Positions 41,358 to 51,836 are shown, counted from the stretch's first letter. The stretch: 64,000 nucleotides of DNA from an uncultured Verrucomicrobiae bacterium (GCA_963762565.1 CAVXLD010000010.1:160001-224000), one strand, 5' to 3'. Notes: a model not told the origin generated them from the letters alone. A program made the numbers and translations.

Positions 41358-42431
41358 GTGAGCAACATTGACGAGAACACTAACCCGAACCATGGTCAGC
41401 TTGTGAAATTTTTCACAAAGGCCGCCCACCGTGCGTTGGCGGCCTCCAAAATCCAGCCCGCACTCGAGTTGATCAATCCCTACCTCTATGCCGTAGAGGA
41501 GCGGATTAAGGAGCAAGCTCGCGCCTTTGATCCCGCGATCGAAGGGTACGTGGCTTATGCTTGTGGAAGCAGCGGTAAACGATTGCGCCCGGCCCTTGTG
41601 CTGTTGGCCGGCGGCGCGGCCGGTGATATCACGCCCGGTCATGTCGATCTCGCGGTCGCGATCGAGCTAGTCCATCTGGCTTCGCTTGTTCACGATGATA
41701 TTATGGACGGCGCAGAACTGCGACGGGACCAACCTACAGCCTGCGCCAAGTGGGGAAATTCCTTGGCCGTGCTACTTGGCGACGCGCTCTTTGCTCATGC
41801 GCTAAAATTAACGACCAGTTTCTCCAACCAAGAAATCTGTCGTCGGGTGGCCAGTGCAGCCCGTGACGTTTGTACGGGCGAAATCATCCAGACGCAGCGA
41901 CGCAACGACGTCAACCTGTCGATCTCAGAGTATCTGAGAATCATCGAGCTGAAAACGGCGGCTCTCTTTGCCGCTGCCGGAGAGTTGGGCGCCCTGCTCA
42001 GCGGAGCGGCGCCCGAAATCATTACAGCGCTTAAATTCTACGGCAGCCGGTTAGGAACTGCTTATCAAGTGTACGACGATTGCCTTGACTTAGCGGGGTC
42101 TACGGAAACTGCGGGTAAGGATCTTGGAACTGACCTCAGAAAGGGCAAACTAACTTTGCCGCTGCTTTACCTGGTGCAGGACACGGACCCGAGCCAGCAC
42201 GGGCAGCTCAACGAAGTCCTTTTGCGCGGCGATGAGAAGGAATTGATTCAGATTGAGCAGGAGGTTGTAGCCAAAGGATGTTTGAAGCGGGCCGTGGAAA
42301 CCACCAAGCAGATGGTCCTGGAAGCGCAAACCGAGCTGCAAAAACTGCCGGTCAACAAATACACTTTAGCGTTACACGCAGTGGGCGATTTCGTGGCTAA
42401 TACCGTCGATCAGTTTGCCGTGGCCGCGTGA
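41358..42431 (+). CDS. Polyprenyl diphosphate synthase
   Basis: GKRLRP, HDDIMD, KTA, YQVYDDCLD, DL..GK.TLP. Confidence 0.92.
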   Translation: MSNIDENTNPNHGQLVKFFTKAAHRALAASKIQPALELINPYLYAVEERIKEQARAFDPAIEGYVAYACGSSGKRLRPALVLLAGGAAGDITPGHVDLAVAIELVHLASLVHDDIMDGAELRRDQPTACAKWGNSLAVLLGDALFAHALKLTTSFSNQEICRRVASAARDVCTGEIIQTQRRNDVNLSISEYLRIIELKTAALFAAAGELGALLSGAAPEIITALKFYGSRLGTAYQVYDDCLDLAGSTETAGKDLGTDLRKGKLTLPLLYLVQDTDPSQHGQLNEVLLRGDEKELIQIEQEVVAKGCLKRAVETTKQMVLEAQTELQKLPVNKYTLALHAVGDFVANTVDQFAVAA

Positions 42432-42489
42432 TTTAGCGTTTGGCGTTTGGCGTTCCGTTCTGTTCTCCTCCTTGAATCAAGCTCATGCG

Positions 42490-42672
42490 CTGGGAGGGAT
42501 CGCGTCCTCGCGATCCATTTTTACCGAAGCCGAGGGCGCGTTGTAATCTAAGACGAAAATACCCCTGGGATGGTGGCACGTCCTCTCAGCGCGCGGGGAT
42601 CCGACTTCGCCGAACAAATCAGAAAACACGCGAAAGACAACAGGCTACGTCGGACAGGCTGCGCGCCCTCCC
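42490..42672. repeat. Dispersed ~185-nt element, GGGAGGG family copy 1
   Basis: CTGGGAGGGATCGCGTCCTCGCGATCC ... GTCGGACAGGCTGCGCGCCCTCCC; collinear with 53321-53506. Confidence 0.85.
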
Positions 42673-42752
42673 CGATTTGCACCCTGCGACTTTCGGGGGG
42701 TAGGCCGCAACGCTCATTGCAACTCCTTAAACAATTGTTGTATTATTAACTG

Positions 42753-43463
42753 GTGGACAACGATGCTCCTGGGCCAACCATCCGTGAATTACCTTCCGAG
42801 CAACGGCCGCGGGAGAAGCTTTTGCAGCGTGGTCCGGCCTTTCTCACTGATGCCGAATTGATCGCCATTCTGCTTCGCACGGGCACGAAAGGGGTGAACG
42901 CGATCGCACTAGCCGATCGAGTCCTTCAGAAATTCGGCTCCTTCGCCGGCGTGGCGCGTGCATCCGTTCAAGAATTAGCGAAGGTTCACGGAGTCGGCTT
43001 GACTAAAGCGATTCAACTGGCCGCATCTTTTGCACTCGGTGTCCGTTTGGCGCAGGAACGTTTCGCTGCATCAACCGTGGATTCACCGGCGGTCATAGAA
43101 GAATTGCTGGGACCGGAACTCCGTCTTTTGGACCGCGAATCGCTCCGCGTGGTCCTTCTCGACGCCAAGCAACGCCTGCTGGCAGTTCACGAGATATCGA
43201 AAGGAAGTCTGAATGAAAGCCTGGCTCATCCGCGAGAGATCTTTAAACCGGCTATCGCCCATTCTGCCTATTCCTTCATTTTGGTGCATAACCATCCATC
43301 CGGTGATCCCAGCCCGAGCGAGGCCGATCTTCGTTTGACCAGACGCCTAATAGAAGCAGCGCGGATCTTGCAGCTCAACTTGCTCGACCACGTAATTATT
43401 GGTCTTCCCCTTCCGGGTCGCTGCGGGTATTTCAGCTTTAAGGAAGCGGGGGTGATTGGGTAG
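42753..43463 (+). CDS. radC: RadC/JAB-domain protein
   Basis: RPREKL, ELIAILLRTG, HPRE, HNHPSGDPSPSEAD, LLDHVII. Confidence 0.93.
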   Translation: MDNDAPGPTIRELPSEQRPREKLLQRGPAFLTDAELIAILLRTGTKGVNAIALADRVLQKFGSFAGVARASVQELAKVHGVGLTKAIQLAASFALGVRLAQERFAASTVDSPAVIEELLGPELRLLDRESLRVVLLDAKQRLLAVHEISKGSLNESLAHPREIFKPAIAHSAYSFILVHNHPSGDPSPSEADLRLTRRLIEAARILQLNLLDHVIIGLPLPGRCGYFSFKEAGVIG

Positions 43464-43665
43464 GGCGAGGCTCCGGAATAGCCAGGAGGGCGTCGCAAAG
43501 GGAAAATGGCGTAGCGTCAGTCTATGGCATGCACCGCCTAAACGCTGCCGAGCCGTGGGTTGCGCGCCCCCGGCTCGGCAGTTCTCCAGCGTTGCACCCG
43601 ATATACCAACGAAATACCATTTCGCGTCGCGACCCATTCCGGCTGGTCCGGAGCCTCGCCCTACC
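43459..43665. repeat. GTAG-type REP doublet (REPIN-like), copy 1
   Basis: GGTAGGGCGAGGCTCCGG ... CCGGAGCCTCGCCCTACC with central GCCGAGCCG...CGGCTCGGC hairpin; supplies the TAG stops of radC and the lysR gene. Confidence 0.85.
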
Positions 43666-44551
43666 GTGGCTTGAACTGCTGCTTCACGTACTCAACAAAA
43701 CGCGCTACAACTTCTTCCGCACCTTTTCTCCAGGCCATGCCATAGCGCATCTTCTCCACCGGCGGAGACAAAGGAACGAAGCGTACTCCGGGAGCAGGCA
43801 GCCGGCTGATATGTTCTGCGAAGATGGAGATACCAAAGCCCGCGGCGACGTATTGGACGCCGGTTCGGGCCCGGTCGACCTCCTGCACTACTCTTGGAAC
43901 GAAGCCGGCCTTTTCACACATTCGCGCGATCTGCGATCGGTAATTGGGCGAATTTTTTTCGGAAGTAAAAATGAACGGCTCGTCTTTGAGCTGAACCAAA
44001 GAAACCTTGGGCAGACGGGCAAAGCGATGATCGCTGGGCATTCCTACGAATGGCGATTCTTCAGAGAAACATTCTACACAAAGCCCGGGCGGCGGTTTCC
44101 CGGCGATCGGTCCGACCAACCCCACATCCAATTTCCGAGCCAGAAGCGCCTCAAGCTGCTGCGACGGGTGTATTTCAGTCAGGGTTACCTCGACCTCCGG
44201 ATACTTGGCCCGAAACCGCTTCAGCACTCGTGGCATCCATTCGTGGCTCTGCGATCCAATGAAACCGATTGCCAGCGTGCCGTATTCTCCTTGGCCAATC
44301 CGCCTGGCTTGGCGAGACGCTTCTTCGACCGAGCGTATGATCCGTTCCGCGGATTCAAGAAACGCTTCGCCTGCCGCCGTTAACCTTACCCGGCGCCGGC
44401 TCCGCTCAAGCAGGACAACTCCGAGCTCGTTTTCAAGGTCTTGAATCTGGGAGCTGACGGCCGATTGCGCCACGTGCAACCGGGTAGCTGCTCGAGTAAA
44501 ACTCAGCTCTCCCGCAACTGCTTTAAAGTAGCGCAAGTGTCGCAATTCCAT
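43661..44551 (-). CDS. LysR family transcriptional regulator
   Basis: MELRHLRYF, SFTRAA.RLHVAQSAVS.QI..LE.ELG, LTAAG. Confidence 0.95.
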   Translation of the reverse strand: MELRHLRYFKAVAGELSFTRAATRLHVAQSAVSSQIQDLENELGVVLLERSRRRVRLTAAGEAFLESAERIIRSVEEASRQARRIGQGEYGTLAIGFIGSQSHEWMPRVLKRFRAKYPEVEVTLTEIHPSQQLEALLARKLDVGLVGPIAGKPPPGLCVECFSEESPFVGMPSDHRFARLPKVSLVQLKDEPFIFTSEKNSPNYRSQIARMCEKAGFVPRVVQEVDRARTGVQYVAAGFGISIFAEHISRLPAPGVRFVPLSPPVEKMRYGMAWRKGAEEVVARFVEYVKQQFKPR

Positions 44552-44570
44552 TCTACCTCTTAACCTATTA

Positions 44571-44585
44571 ATCTGAAAAAGAGAT
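44571..44585. promoter_or_regulatory. Putative LysR binding box
   Basis: ATCT-GAAAAAG-AGAT dyad fitting T-N11-A in the divergent lysR/MFS spacer. Confidence 0.55.
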
Positions 44586-44644
44586 AACTGCTAACGTTAT
44601 AAGCTATTTCATTTATCACCAAGAGCCGTCTACTTTGAGTCATC

Positions 44645-46189
44645 ATGAGTAGCACTTCATCGGTCCAATGGCTTCAAAAGGCGGACCGAGGCTCCACTCG
44701 CAGATTGCCGCGCGGGCCTGTCCTTAACCGGGAAGGTTCAACGGCAAAACGTTCCCCGGGGGTGAATCGTTGGCTGGCACTCGCCGTGATGCTGGTGGGG
44801 CCGTTGCTTGGTGTTATCGACTTTTTTATCGCAAACATCGGCATCAACAGCATCCGGACCTCTCTGCACGCCGGTTTCGGAGAAATTGAGCTGGTGGTTG
44901 CTGGATATGGATTGACCTACGCGGTGTGTCTGATCACCGGAGGCCGCCTGGGCGACATCTACGGACGCAAGAAGATCTTCATTCTTGGATTGATCGGATT
45001 CACCAGTACGTCGGCCCTATGCGGTCTAGCGGCGAACGCAACTTCGTTAGTGATCTGGCGCTTGCTTCAAGGTTGCACAGCGGCCGTCATGTTCCCACAG
45101 GCGCTCTCATTCATTCATGTCAATTTTTCGGCTTCGGCGAAGCGACTCGCCTTCAGCATCTATGGAGCAGCGATCGGCTTCGGCTCCATTCTCGGCCAGA
45201 TTCTCGGAGGATTTCTGATCCAGGCTAATCTCTTCGGTCTAGGATGGCGGCCAATCTTTTTGATAAATGTCCCTATCGGTCTGGCAACGGTAGCGGCAGC
45301 ATGGCTGGTGCTGCGAGAATCACATTCCGAAAAGCCTCCCCGATTGGATCCAATCGGTACGGTACTTTTGTCGGTCGCACTTTTTCTATTTTCATTCCCT
45401 TTCATGGAAGGGCGAGACGCTGGCTGGCCTGCCTGGGCATGGATCGCCCTGGCGGCCAGCGTCCCTCTTTTTGCGGTCTTTTTGCGCTGGGAAAATCACC
45501 TCGCGCGCATTGGCACAACTCCTTTGGTCGAACCCCGACTTCTACGGGACCGGGGTTTCCTCGTCGGCATCGGCGTGACGTGCATCTATTTCGCCGGACA
45601 CACTTCGATGCTGCTGGTCCTGTGCCTCTTTCTGCAGCTCAGCCTGAACCTCAACCCCTTCCAGGCGGGACTTTCGCTGGCGCCATTCTCCTTTGGGTTT
45701 CTGCTGGGCTCAGCCTTCTCGGGCAAACTCAATGGTTATCTCGGTCGGAAGTCCTTGCACGTCGGAGCTGCGGTGTTGGGGGTAATGCTAGCCGCCTTGG
45801 CTTTAGAAGCTTCTAGCATCCACGGCCAACAAAACTTTCTTTTTCTCTTCTCCTGCTTTCTTTACGGGATCGGACGAGGTCTGGTGACTACCCCTCTCTT
45901 CAACACGGTGCTCAGTGGTGTGCCGGCCCAAGATGCAGGTGCGGCGGCGGGAATCGTCTCGACGGCTCAACAGGTTGCAAATTCGGTTGGTATCGCGGTG
46001 CTTGGCGCGATTGCGTTCTCCGTTATCCCGCATCGCGCTACGGCGGCGGATTATGCTCACGGTTTCGTATTATCAAGCGTCGTAAACCTATTCATGGTTG
46101 GCGCCGCATCGGTCTTGCTGTTTCTCATTCCCAAAAAACGTGGTCATGAAGCCACGCCAGCGGGCGAACCTTCGCTAGAAGCGGCTTAA
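44645..46189 (+). CDS. DHA2-type (about 14 TM) MFS efflux transporter
   Basis: D.FIAN, GGRLGDIYGRKK, WRPIFLINVPIG; divergent from the lysR gene. Confidence 0.9.
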   Translation: MSSTSSVQWLQKADRGSTRRLPRGPVLNREGSTAKRSPGVNRWLALAVMLVGPLLGVIDFFIANIGINSIRTSLHAGFGEIELVVAGYGLTYAVCLITGGRLGDIYGRKKIFILGLIGFTSTSALCGLAANATSLVIWRLLQGCTAAVMFPQALSFIHVNFSASAKRLAFSIYGAAIGFGSILGQILGGFLIQANLFGLGWRPIFLINVPIGLATVAAAWLVLRESHSEKPPRLDPIGTVLLSVALFLFSFPFMEGRDAGWPAWAWIALAASVPLFAVFLRWENHLARIGTTPLVEPRLLRDRGFLVGIGVTCIYFAGHTSMLLVLCLFLQLSLNLNPFQAGLSLAPFSFGFLLGSAFSGKLNGYLGRKSLHVGAAVLGVMLAALALEASSIHGQQNFLFLFSCFLYGIGRGLVTTPLFNTVLSGVPAQDAGAAAGIVSTAQQVANSVGIAVLGAIAFSVIPHRATAADYAHGFVLSSVVNLFMVGAASVLLFLIPKKRGHEATPAGEPSLEAA

Positions 46190-46214
46190 GGCGCCGCACG
46201 CCGCTGGCCTGTCG

Positions 46215-46562
46215 TAATCGTCCTCGTCGTCGTTCTCGTCCTCGATTCGACGGGTTCCCAAAAAAACGTGGTAGAACCCAACGTCTGGAGGGGAGCCGCT
46301 TTGTCAGTCGCTAGTTCTGTAGGTCGGCAGGAAGCGGCTACCGAGAATGACCGAGCGTGACGCAAATTCTATCGGTCGGCGCTCAAATCGATTGGCTCTG
46401 GAACAACGGCGTTGGGCAGCAGCGCAGCGTTGGGCTATTCGCGGGAGCCGCCTGCTGCCGACTGATAGAGCTGCCAACCGACAAAGCGGCTCCCCTCCAG
46501 GCGCTGGGTTCTGCCACGCTTTCTAGGAGAAACCCGCTCGAGTACGAGTACGAGGACGATTA
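46215..46562. repeat. Nested palindromic element, GGAG family copy 4
   Basis: TAATCGTCCTCGTCGTCG ... CGAGTACGAGGACGATTA outer layer; GGAG core at 46285-46500. Confidence 0.85.
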
Positions 46563-46578
46563 GGAAGAGCGTTTAGCT

Positions 46579-47085
46579 CTATATTTCAGTTTCGAGATCC
46601 CGGACCATGCGCCGGACATAAGTAATCCGGGAACGCGGCTTGAGAATCTTCAGACTCTGCTGATACGAACCCACCTCCAAGAGTTCAATAGTGACTCGGC
46701 GAGCGCCCCAGCTAACCATTTCCCGACGAGACGGCATATAGAGATCGATAGTGTTTGTGCCCACTAACGCCGAACCGTAGTCATCGACCACATAAAGCCG
46801 ATTCGAACCCACGACGCGAAACTTTGTTCCAACTGGAAACCGCGACCAATCCGCTGCTGCACTATTCAATTCAGCGGCAGCCAAGCGGCCATCAACAGCG
46901 TTACTCTTCCCGTATCGCCTATGTGCCCTTTCTGTATGGCAATACGCAGTCGTTTTTACCTGGACCAGTTTGTGAAGAGACGCTTTGCCTTGGAGTGCCG
47001 TACCATTTTTGAGCTGGCTTACGTCCTGGGAGCAACCAACCACAAAAATTGACACTCCCAACGACACGGCGTGGAAGGTTCTCAT
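46579..47085 (-). CDS. 3D-domain lipoprotein (lytic-transglycosylase-like)
   Basis: Lipobox VVGC; TTAY, AAAD...P.GT, VDDYGSA, IDLY. Confidence 0.8.
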   Translation of the reverse strand: MRTFHAVSLGVSIFVVGCSQDVSQLKNGTALQGKASLHKLVQVKTTAYCHTERAHRRYGKSNAVDGRLAAAELNSAAADWSRFPVGTKFRVVGSNRLYVVDDYGSALVGTNTIDLYMPSRREMVSWGARRVTIELLEVGSYQQSLKILKPRSRITYVRRMVRDLETEI

Positions 47086-47141
47086 CTAGACAACGCTCTG
47101 CCAAGTGTCCTGATAAGTTCCATAATGTCAATGCAAAAGGC

Positions 47142-47370
47142 GGTAGGGCGAAAAACTCGGCGCGCCGATCGTATCGCTAACCGCTAGAACTTCTCCGCGC
47201 CGGTTTTGAGCCGGCCGTACGTGATACAGCCCCCAAAACATTCGCAGACTTCGGCGTCGCAAATATCGAACACACAGGTTCATGGTTGTCGCACGGAACG
47301 GCTCAAAACCAGCGCGGATGGCCTGTGCGAGCAAAGACTGTGCTCGGCGCGCTGAGTTTTTCGCCCTACC
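47142..47370. repeat. GTAG-type REP doublet, variant family
   Basis: GGTAGGGCGAAAAACTCGGCGCGCCGA ... TCGGCGCGCTGAGTTTTTCGCCCTACC with inner pair GGTTTTGAGCCG / CGGCTCAAAACC. Confidence 0.85.
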
Positions 47371-47382
47371 AAATCGTCCTCG

Positions 47383-48195
47383 CTACTCGCCTTCGGACGT
47401 ACTCTCCCCCTTCACACCGCTCCAGCGAACAAAGGCGCAAATTCCTCGTTTTGACTCTTTCACAAACTCCCAAAACGGCTGGATTTCCGGGCTCCACTTT
47501 TCCTCAGCGGCCCTGGCAACAGCTTGTGAAGGATTCAGTCCTTCGTGATACAGAATGTGAAAAGCCCGCTTTACTTCCAACCGCAGACTTGGCCCAAAGC
47601 CCGCCCGGCGAAGAGCCACCACATTGATACCAACGATACTGTTTCTTCCGGCTGCGGTACCAAACGGAGGCACATCTTTGCCGACCGCCGAACCACCCTG
47701 CATGATTGACATGCTGCCCAGGCGGGTGTGTTGATGCACCAACGAGCCGCCTCCCAGGAAAGCTTTGTCGTGGATCTGAACGTATCCGCCAAGAAGCACA
47801 TTATTCGCCAAAATCACCTGGTTGCCTAGGTGCGAATTGTGACCAAGATGCGCGCCCACCATTAAGAGACACTGATTCCCGATGATGGTTACAGTGTTGG
47901 GTTTAGTCCCGCGATGAATGGTGCAGTATTCTCGGAGAACATTATCGTTGCCGATCTCAACCCCGCTGGGGCTGTCCGGCTGATAGGACAGATCTTGTGG
48001 GTATCCGCCGACCACACTTCCATAGCCAATCGTGTTGCCAGATCCGATCTTTACTTGGCCCACAATGATGGCGCCTGCTTGAACTTTGGTTTTAGCCCCG
48101 ATAAACACCGGCCCTTCAATCACAACATTTGGTCCAATTTCCACATCGGGCTCAAGATGGGCGCGTGGGTCGATGACAGCGGAGGAATGAATCAT
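47383..48195 (-). CDS. lpxA: UDP-N-acetylglucosamine O-acyltransferase
   Basis: Hexapeptide repeats, PQDL, RE..TIHRGT, HLGHN, VHQ, GINVVALRR.GF. Confidence 0.93.
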   Translation of the reverse strand: MIHSSAVIDPRAHLEPDVEIGPNVVIEGPVFIGAKTKVQAGAIIVGQVKIGSGNTIGYGSVVGGYPQDLSYQPDSPSGVEIGNDNVLREYCTIHRGTKPNTVTIIGNQCLLMVGAHLGHNSHLGNQVILANNVLLGGYVQIHDKAFLGGGSLVHQHTRLGSMSIMQGGSAVGKDVPPFGTAAGRNSIVGINVVALRRAGFGPSLRLEVKRAFHILYHEGLNPSQAVARAAEEKWSPEIQPFWEFVKESKRGICAFVRWSGVKGESTSEGE

Positions 48196-48209
48196 GGTAC
48201 GAGGACTAA

Positions 48210-48321
48210 AAATGACAGATGACAGATGACAGATTGCGATGGCTCATTCCATCAAGGGAATCGATCAAGCTCTTTATTTGTCATTTGTCATTTGTCATCT
48301 GTCATTTGTCATCTGTCATTT
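48210..48321. repeat. Inverted pair of heptamer tandem repeats (ATGACAG)n / (YTGTCAT)n
   Basis: aatgacagatgacagatgacagat at 48211-48234; six T(T/C)TGTCA units at 48277-48318. Confidence 0.85.
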
Positions 48322-48399
48322 CTAATGCTCGCACCTTCGAAAGCACATTCCGCGAACGTCTTGCGAGACAGTGGAAGTAATTCACGCTAGGATCGGGCC

Positions 48400-49371
48400 G
48401 TGAGAATTCTTGTTACAGGAGGCGCCGGGTATATCGGCAGCGTTTGCGTTGAGGATCTACTAAATCGGGGACACAACGTGACCGTGTTCGATAACCTCAC
48501 GGAGGGGCACAGAAAGGCGGTCGACGGCCGCGCGAAATTTGTGGAAGGCGATCTGGCAGATCAACCCGCTGTATCAGACCTGATTCGCATGGAAGGGCCC
48601 GAAGCGGTGATGCACTTTGCCGCAAACGCGCTGGTAGGCGAATCGATGCAGAACCCTTACAAATACTTTTATAATAATGTCTCCTGCGGGCTGAACCTAT
48701 TGCACGCAATGGTGGAAAACGGTGTAAAACGGTTCGTCTTCTCATCCACCTGCGCAACTTACGGGATACCGGAGACCGTGCCGATCGATGAGCTAGCTCC
48801 CCAAAAGCCAGTCAATCCGTACGGTGAGTCAAAATTGATTTTCGAGAAGATCCTCCGCTGGTTCGACCAAATTCATGGCGTCACTTTTGCCTCGCTGCGT
48901 TACTTTAACGCTGCCGGCGCCACGGAGGCCTTCGGTGAAGATCACCGGGTCGAGACCCACCTTATTCCCTGCGTGCTACAAGTGCCTCTAGGGAAACGGA
49001 AACATGCCGAGGTATTCGGAACGGATTATCCCACCCCCGACGGTAGTTGTATCCGGGATTACATTCATGTGACTGACCTGGCCCAAGCCCACGCGCTGGC
49101 TCTGGAGGTGAAAGAAAGCGATTTTTTCAACCTCGGCATTGGTGGCGGTGTCTCTGTCTTGGAGGTGATCGATGCCTGTAAAAAAGTGACGGAAAAGGAC
49201 ATACCGACCTTGATGCAACCACGGCGGCCTGGAGATCCTCCCCGGCTGATTGCTTCCGCTGGCAAGGCACGGGAGGTTTTAGGTTGGCGCCCGCAGTTCG
49301 ATCGAATCGAAGACATCGTCAGCAGCGCCTGGAGCTGGCATCTTCGCCATCCCAACGGATACGGTGACTGA
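48400..49371 (+). CDS. galE: UDP-glucose 4-epimerase
   Basis: TGGAGYIGS, FSST, YGESK, RYFNAAGA, RDYIHV. Confidence 0.95.
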   Translation: MRILVTGGAGYIGSVCVEDLLNRGHNVTVFDNLTEGHRKAVDGRAKFVEGDLADQPAVSDLIRMEGPEAVMHFAANALVGESMQNPYKYFYNNVSCGLNLLHAMVENGVKRFVFSSTCATYGIPETVPIDELAPQKPVNPYGESKLIFEKILRWFDQIHGVTFASLRYFNAAGATEAFGEDHRVETHLIPCVLQVPLGKRKHAEVFGTDYPTPDGSCIRDYIHVTDLAQAHALALEVKESDFFNLGIGGGVSVLEVIDACKKVTEKDIPTLMQPRRPGDPPRLIASAGKAREVLGWRPQFDRIEDIVSSAWSWHLRHPNGYGD

Positions 49372-49547
49372 TTATTGGTCACCATTCGGGGTCACGAGAC
49401 GTCTGTAAACAAAATGCGCAGGATCGATCCCCCTTCCACTCTTCGGAACCTTCGAACTGCTGCAGATCGCCGAAACCCGGATTCTCCTTGCAAATTAACG
49501 ACTCAAGCGATTCGGTGTACGACGGTCTCACGCTCCCAAAACGGAAG

Positions 49548-51836
49548 ATGATCTGCCGGCTCTTCGTCTCTTTACTGCTAGTGTTTCTGCCGGTCTCTCT
49601 TTACGCCCAGGCGAATCCGTCGAGTTCGCCGAAGCCGTCGAGTTCGTCGAATCCGTTGGAGGACTTAAGCGAGCCGGGAGGCAAGTTCGGGCAAGCCCCA
49701 GTCGAAATTACTTCCGAAGGCCAGACCCGCTATGAGGGCGGACTCGCCATTGCTGAAAACCACGTGGTTATTCACTACGGCGACGTCGCCATCTATTGCG
49801 AGTACGCGGAATATAACACCGAGACACACGACGTCTTTGTCAAGGAACGCGTCCGGCTTTATCGCGGAGATTACGCCTTTGTTTGCGACCGGGCGGTCTA
49901 CAATCTAGAGACGAAACGGTTGTATATGGCGGATTTCGCCGGAGCGAAGCTCCCTTTCGAGATCACAGGGACCAATCTGACTTCGTTTTCGTCAGACGAA
50001 TACCAGATCTATGACGGAAGCTTTACTACGAGCGATTCGTCGCAGCCCGATTACCGGATCCAAGCCAAGGGGATTCGGATCTATCCCAATGACCGGATCA
50101 TTTTCACAAACGCCTGGGTGTACGTGAAAGATGTTCCGATTTTCTGGTTCCCATATCTGTATCAATCGTTGAACAACCAGCACGTCCTGTTGATCAGTCC
50201 GGGCTATAACAGCACCTACGGGGAGTATGTGGTCACCGATATCGGCTTTCCTATTTTTGACCATTTTGATGCGATCCTGCACCTGAACGCGTACTCGCTT
50301 CGAGGGCCGGCCCTCGGGATTGATATCAATTACGATCTTGGTCTTCCTGAGCAAGATCAGCAAGACACCCTCAAAATGAAAACCTTTTTCATTGAGGACA
50401 AAGGGGCGAACATCAACCAGACGTCGCTTGGTCGGGAACAGATTGACGCTGGGCGCTACCGGATTAGCTATCAGTCGCGTACCTTTCTGGCGAGCGACAC
50501 ATCGCTGGTCATGGATGTGAACAAATTCAGCGACTTCTATTTAATGGAGGATTTTTTTCCTTATGAGTTCCAGATCGACCCGCAGCCGCAGACCTACTTC
50601 GAGCTAATCAAAGCGGGCGATGCTTATGCGCTCAGCCTGTTCGCCCGGTATCAAGTCAATGATTTCTTTCAGACGACCGAGAAACTGCCGGAGGGGTCGT
50701 GGGAGGTGGTGCGCACGCCTCTCTTTAACTCCCCGATCTACTACGAAGCCACCACGACCGCGGGCTGGTACCAGCTTGCTCAGCCGGTTGGCAGTTTTTT
50801 CAACCCCACTTTGAATCCGGACTATTCCTCGTTCCGGTTCGATACCTTTCATCAGCTGACTTATCCAAATATGTATTTTGGATTCCTTTCCTTCGTGCCA
50901 CGCGCCGGTTTCCGGACCACCTATTATAGCCGGACCGGGGACGTGACCGCAGGGGATCCAAGCCTAGGCATCCCCTTTGGCTCCGTGGTTTATGAGCCGG
51001 GAGGAACTCGATTTGTTTTCAATGCCGGCTTCGACGCCTCATTCAAGCTCTCTCATATCTACGAAGGGGTCCAGGCGCACTGGCTTGGTCTCGACGGCCT
51101 CTTGCACGTTATCCAGCCGTATGCCGATTACTCCTGGGTCTCCACCCCAAATATTGGCCCCGGTCAGGTTCTTCCTTACGATCGATATCTGACCAGCACC
51201 TATTTACCACCCATCGATTTCCCTGAGTTTACCGCCACCGACTCGATCGGACACCTGTCGGTTTTGCGGCTCGGCGTACTGAACAAATTCGAGACTCGGC
51301 GGGATAACGCCACCCTTCAATGGCTGACGGCGGACACCTTTTTCGACATCAATTTCAAGAATCCTTACGAGCAGACTTATTATTCCGATATTCAAGAGCA
51401 AATCCGCTTCAATCCGGTCCCTTGGCTCAGTCTCACAGAGGAGGCCCAGATCCCTTGGATCGATAAGAAACAGTTCTGGGAGTTTAACACGGTTGTGACC
51501 TGGACCATTACTCCGAACATCGACCTCACGTTGTTGCATTCTTACCTGAATCACAATCCGCTCGAGCCGAAGACCAACAGCACTTATCTGCAGACCTACT
51601 TCAGGATCAATTCCAACTGGGGTTTCAGTATCCTGGAGGAATATGATCAAACGACCGGACGATTGGGCGTGCAAAAGTACACGTTCCACCGGGACCTCAG
51701 CAGCTGGGTCGCGTCGCTGGGACTTTACGAAGACAATAACGGCGGAGGCAAAACCACCTACGGCGTGGAGTTAATTCTAACTCTTAAAGATCTGCCAAAA
51801 TACGGCTTCCCGGTGAACCTCAGCCCTGGATTATAG
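49548..51836 (+). CDS. lptD: LptD-like LPS assembly outer-membrane protein
   Basis: Signal peptide, OstA-like N-terminal domain, VPIFWFPY, aromatic beta-rich C-terminal region. Confidence 0.72.
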   Translation: MICRLFVSLLLVFLPVSLYAQANPSSSPKPSSSSNPLEDLSEPGGKFGQAPVEITSEGQTRYEGGLAIAENHVVIHYGDVAIYCEYAEYNTETHDVFVKERVRLYRGDYAFVCDRAVYNLETKRLYMADFAGAKLPFEITGTNLTSFSSDEYQIYDGSFTTSDSSQPDYRIQAKGIRIYPNDRIIFTNAWVYVKDVPIFWFPYLYQSLNNQHVLLISPGYNSTYGEYVVTDIGFPIFDHFDAILHLNAYSLRGPALGIDINYDLGLPEQDQQDTLKMKTFFIEDKGANINQTSLGREQIDAGRYRISYQSRTFLASDTSLVMDVNKFSDFYLMEDFFPYEFQIDPQPQTYFELIKAGDAYALSLFARYQVNDFFQTTEKLPEGSWEVVRTPLFNSPIYYEATTTAGWYQLAQPVGSFFNPTLNPDYSSFRFDTFHQLTYPNMYFGFLSFVPRAGFRTTYYSRTGDVTAGDPSLGIPFGSVVYEPGGTRFVFNAGFDASFKLSHIYEGVQAHWLGLDGLLHVIQPYADYSWVSTPNIGPGQVLPYDRYLTSTYLPPIDFPEFTATDSIGHLSVLRLGVLNKFETRRDNATLQWLTADTFFDINFKNPYEQTYYSDIQEQIRFNPVPWLSLTEEAQIPWIDKKQFWEFNTVVTWTITPNIDLTLLHSYLNHNPLEPKTNSTYLQTYFRINSNWGFSILEEYDQTTGRLGVQKYTFHRDLSSWVASLGLYEDNNGGGKTTYGVELILTLKDLPKYGFPVNLSPGL

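Noticed and set aside
42753..43463. radC as a marker of a mobile or anti-defence element
   Set aside because: It is the full-length chromosomal form among housekeeping genes, with no mobility genes nearby
43529..44383. 284-aa plus-strand ORF, and similarly 14914-15972, 27723-28442 and 58756-59364
   Set aside because: Antisense shadows of well-supported genes, with no recognisable motifs
49611..49657. 18-nt tandem repeat at the start of lptD
   Set aside because: It encodes a low-complexity Ser/Pro linker (NPSSSPKPSSSSNP) after the signal peptide
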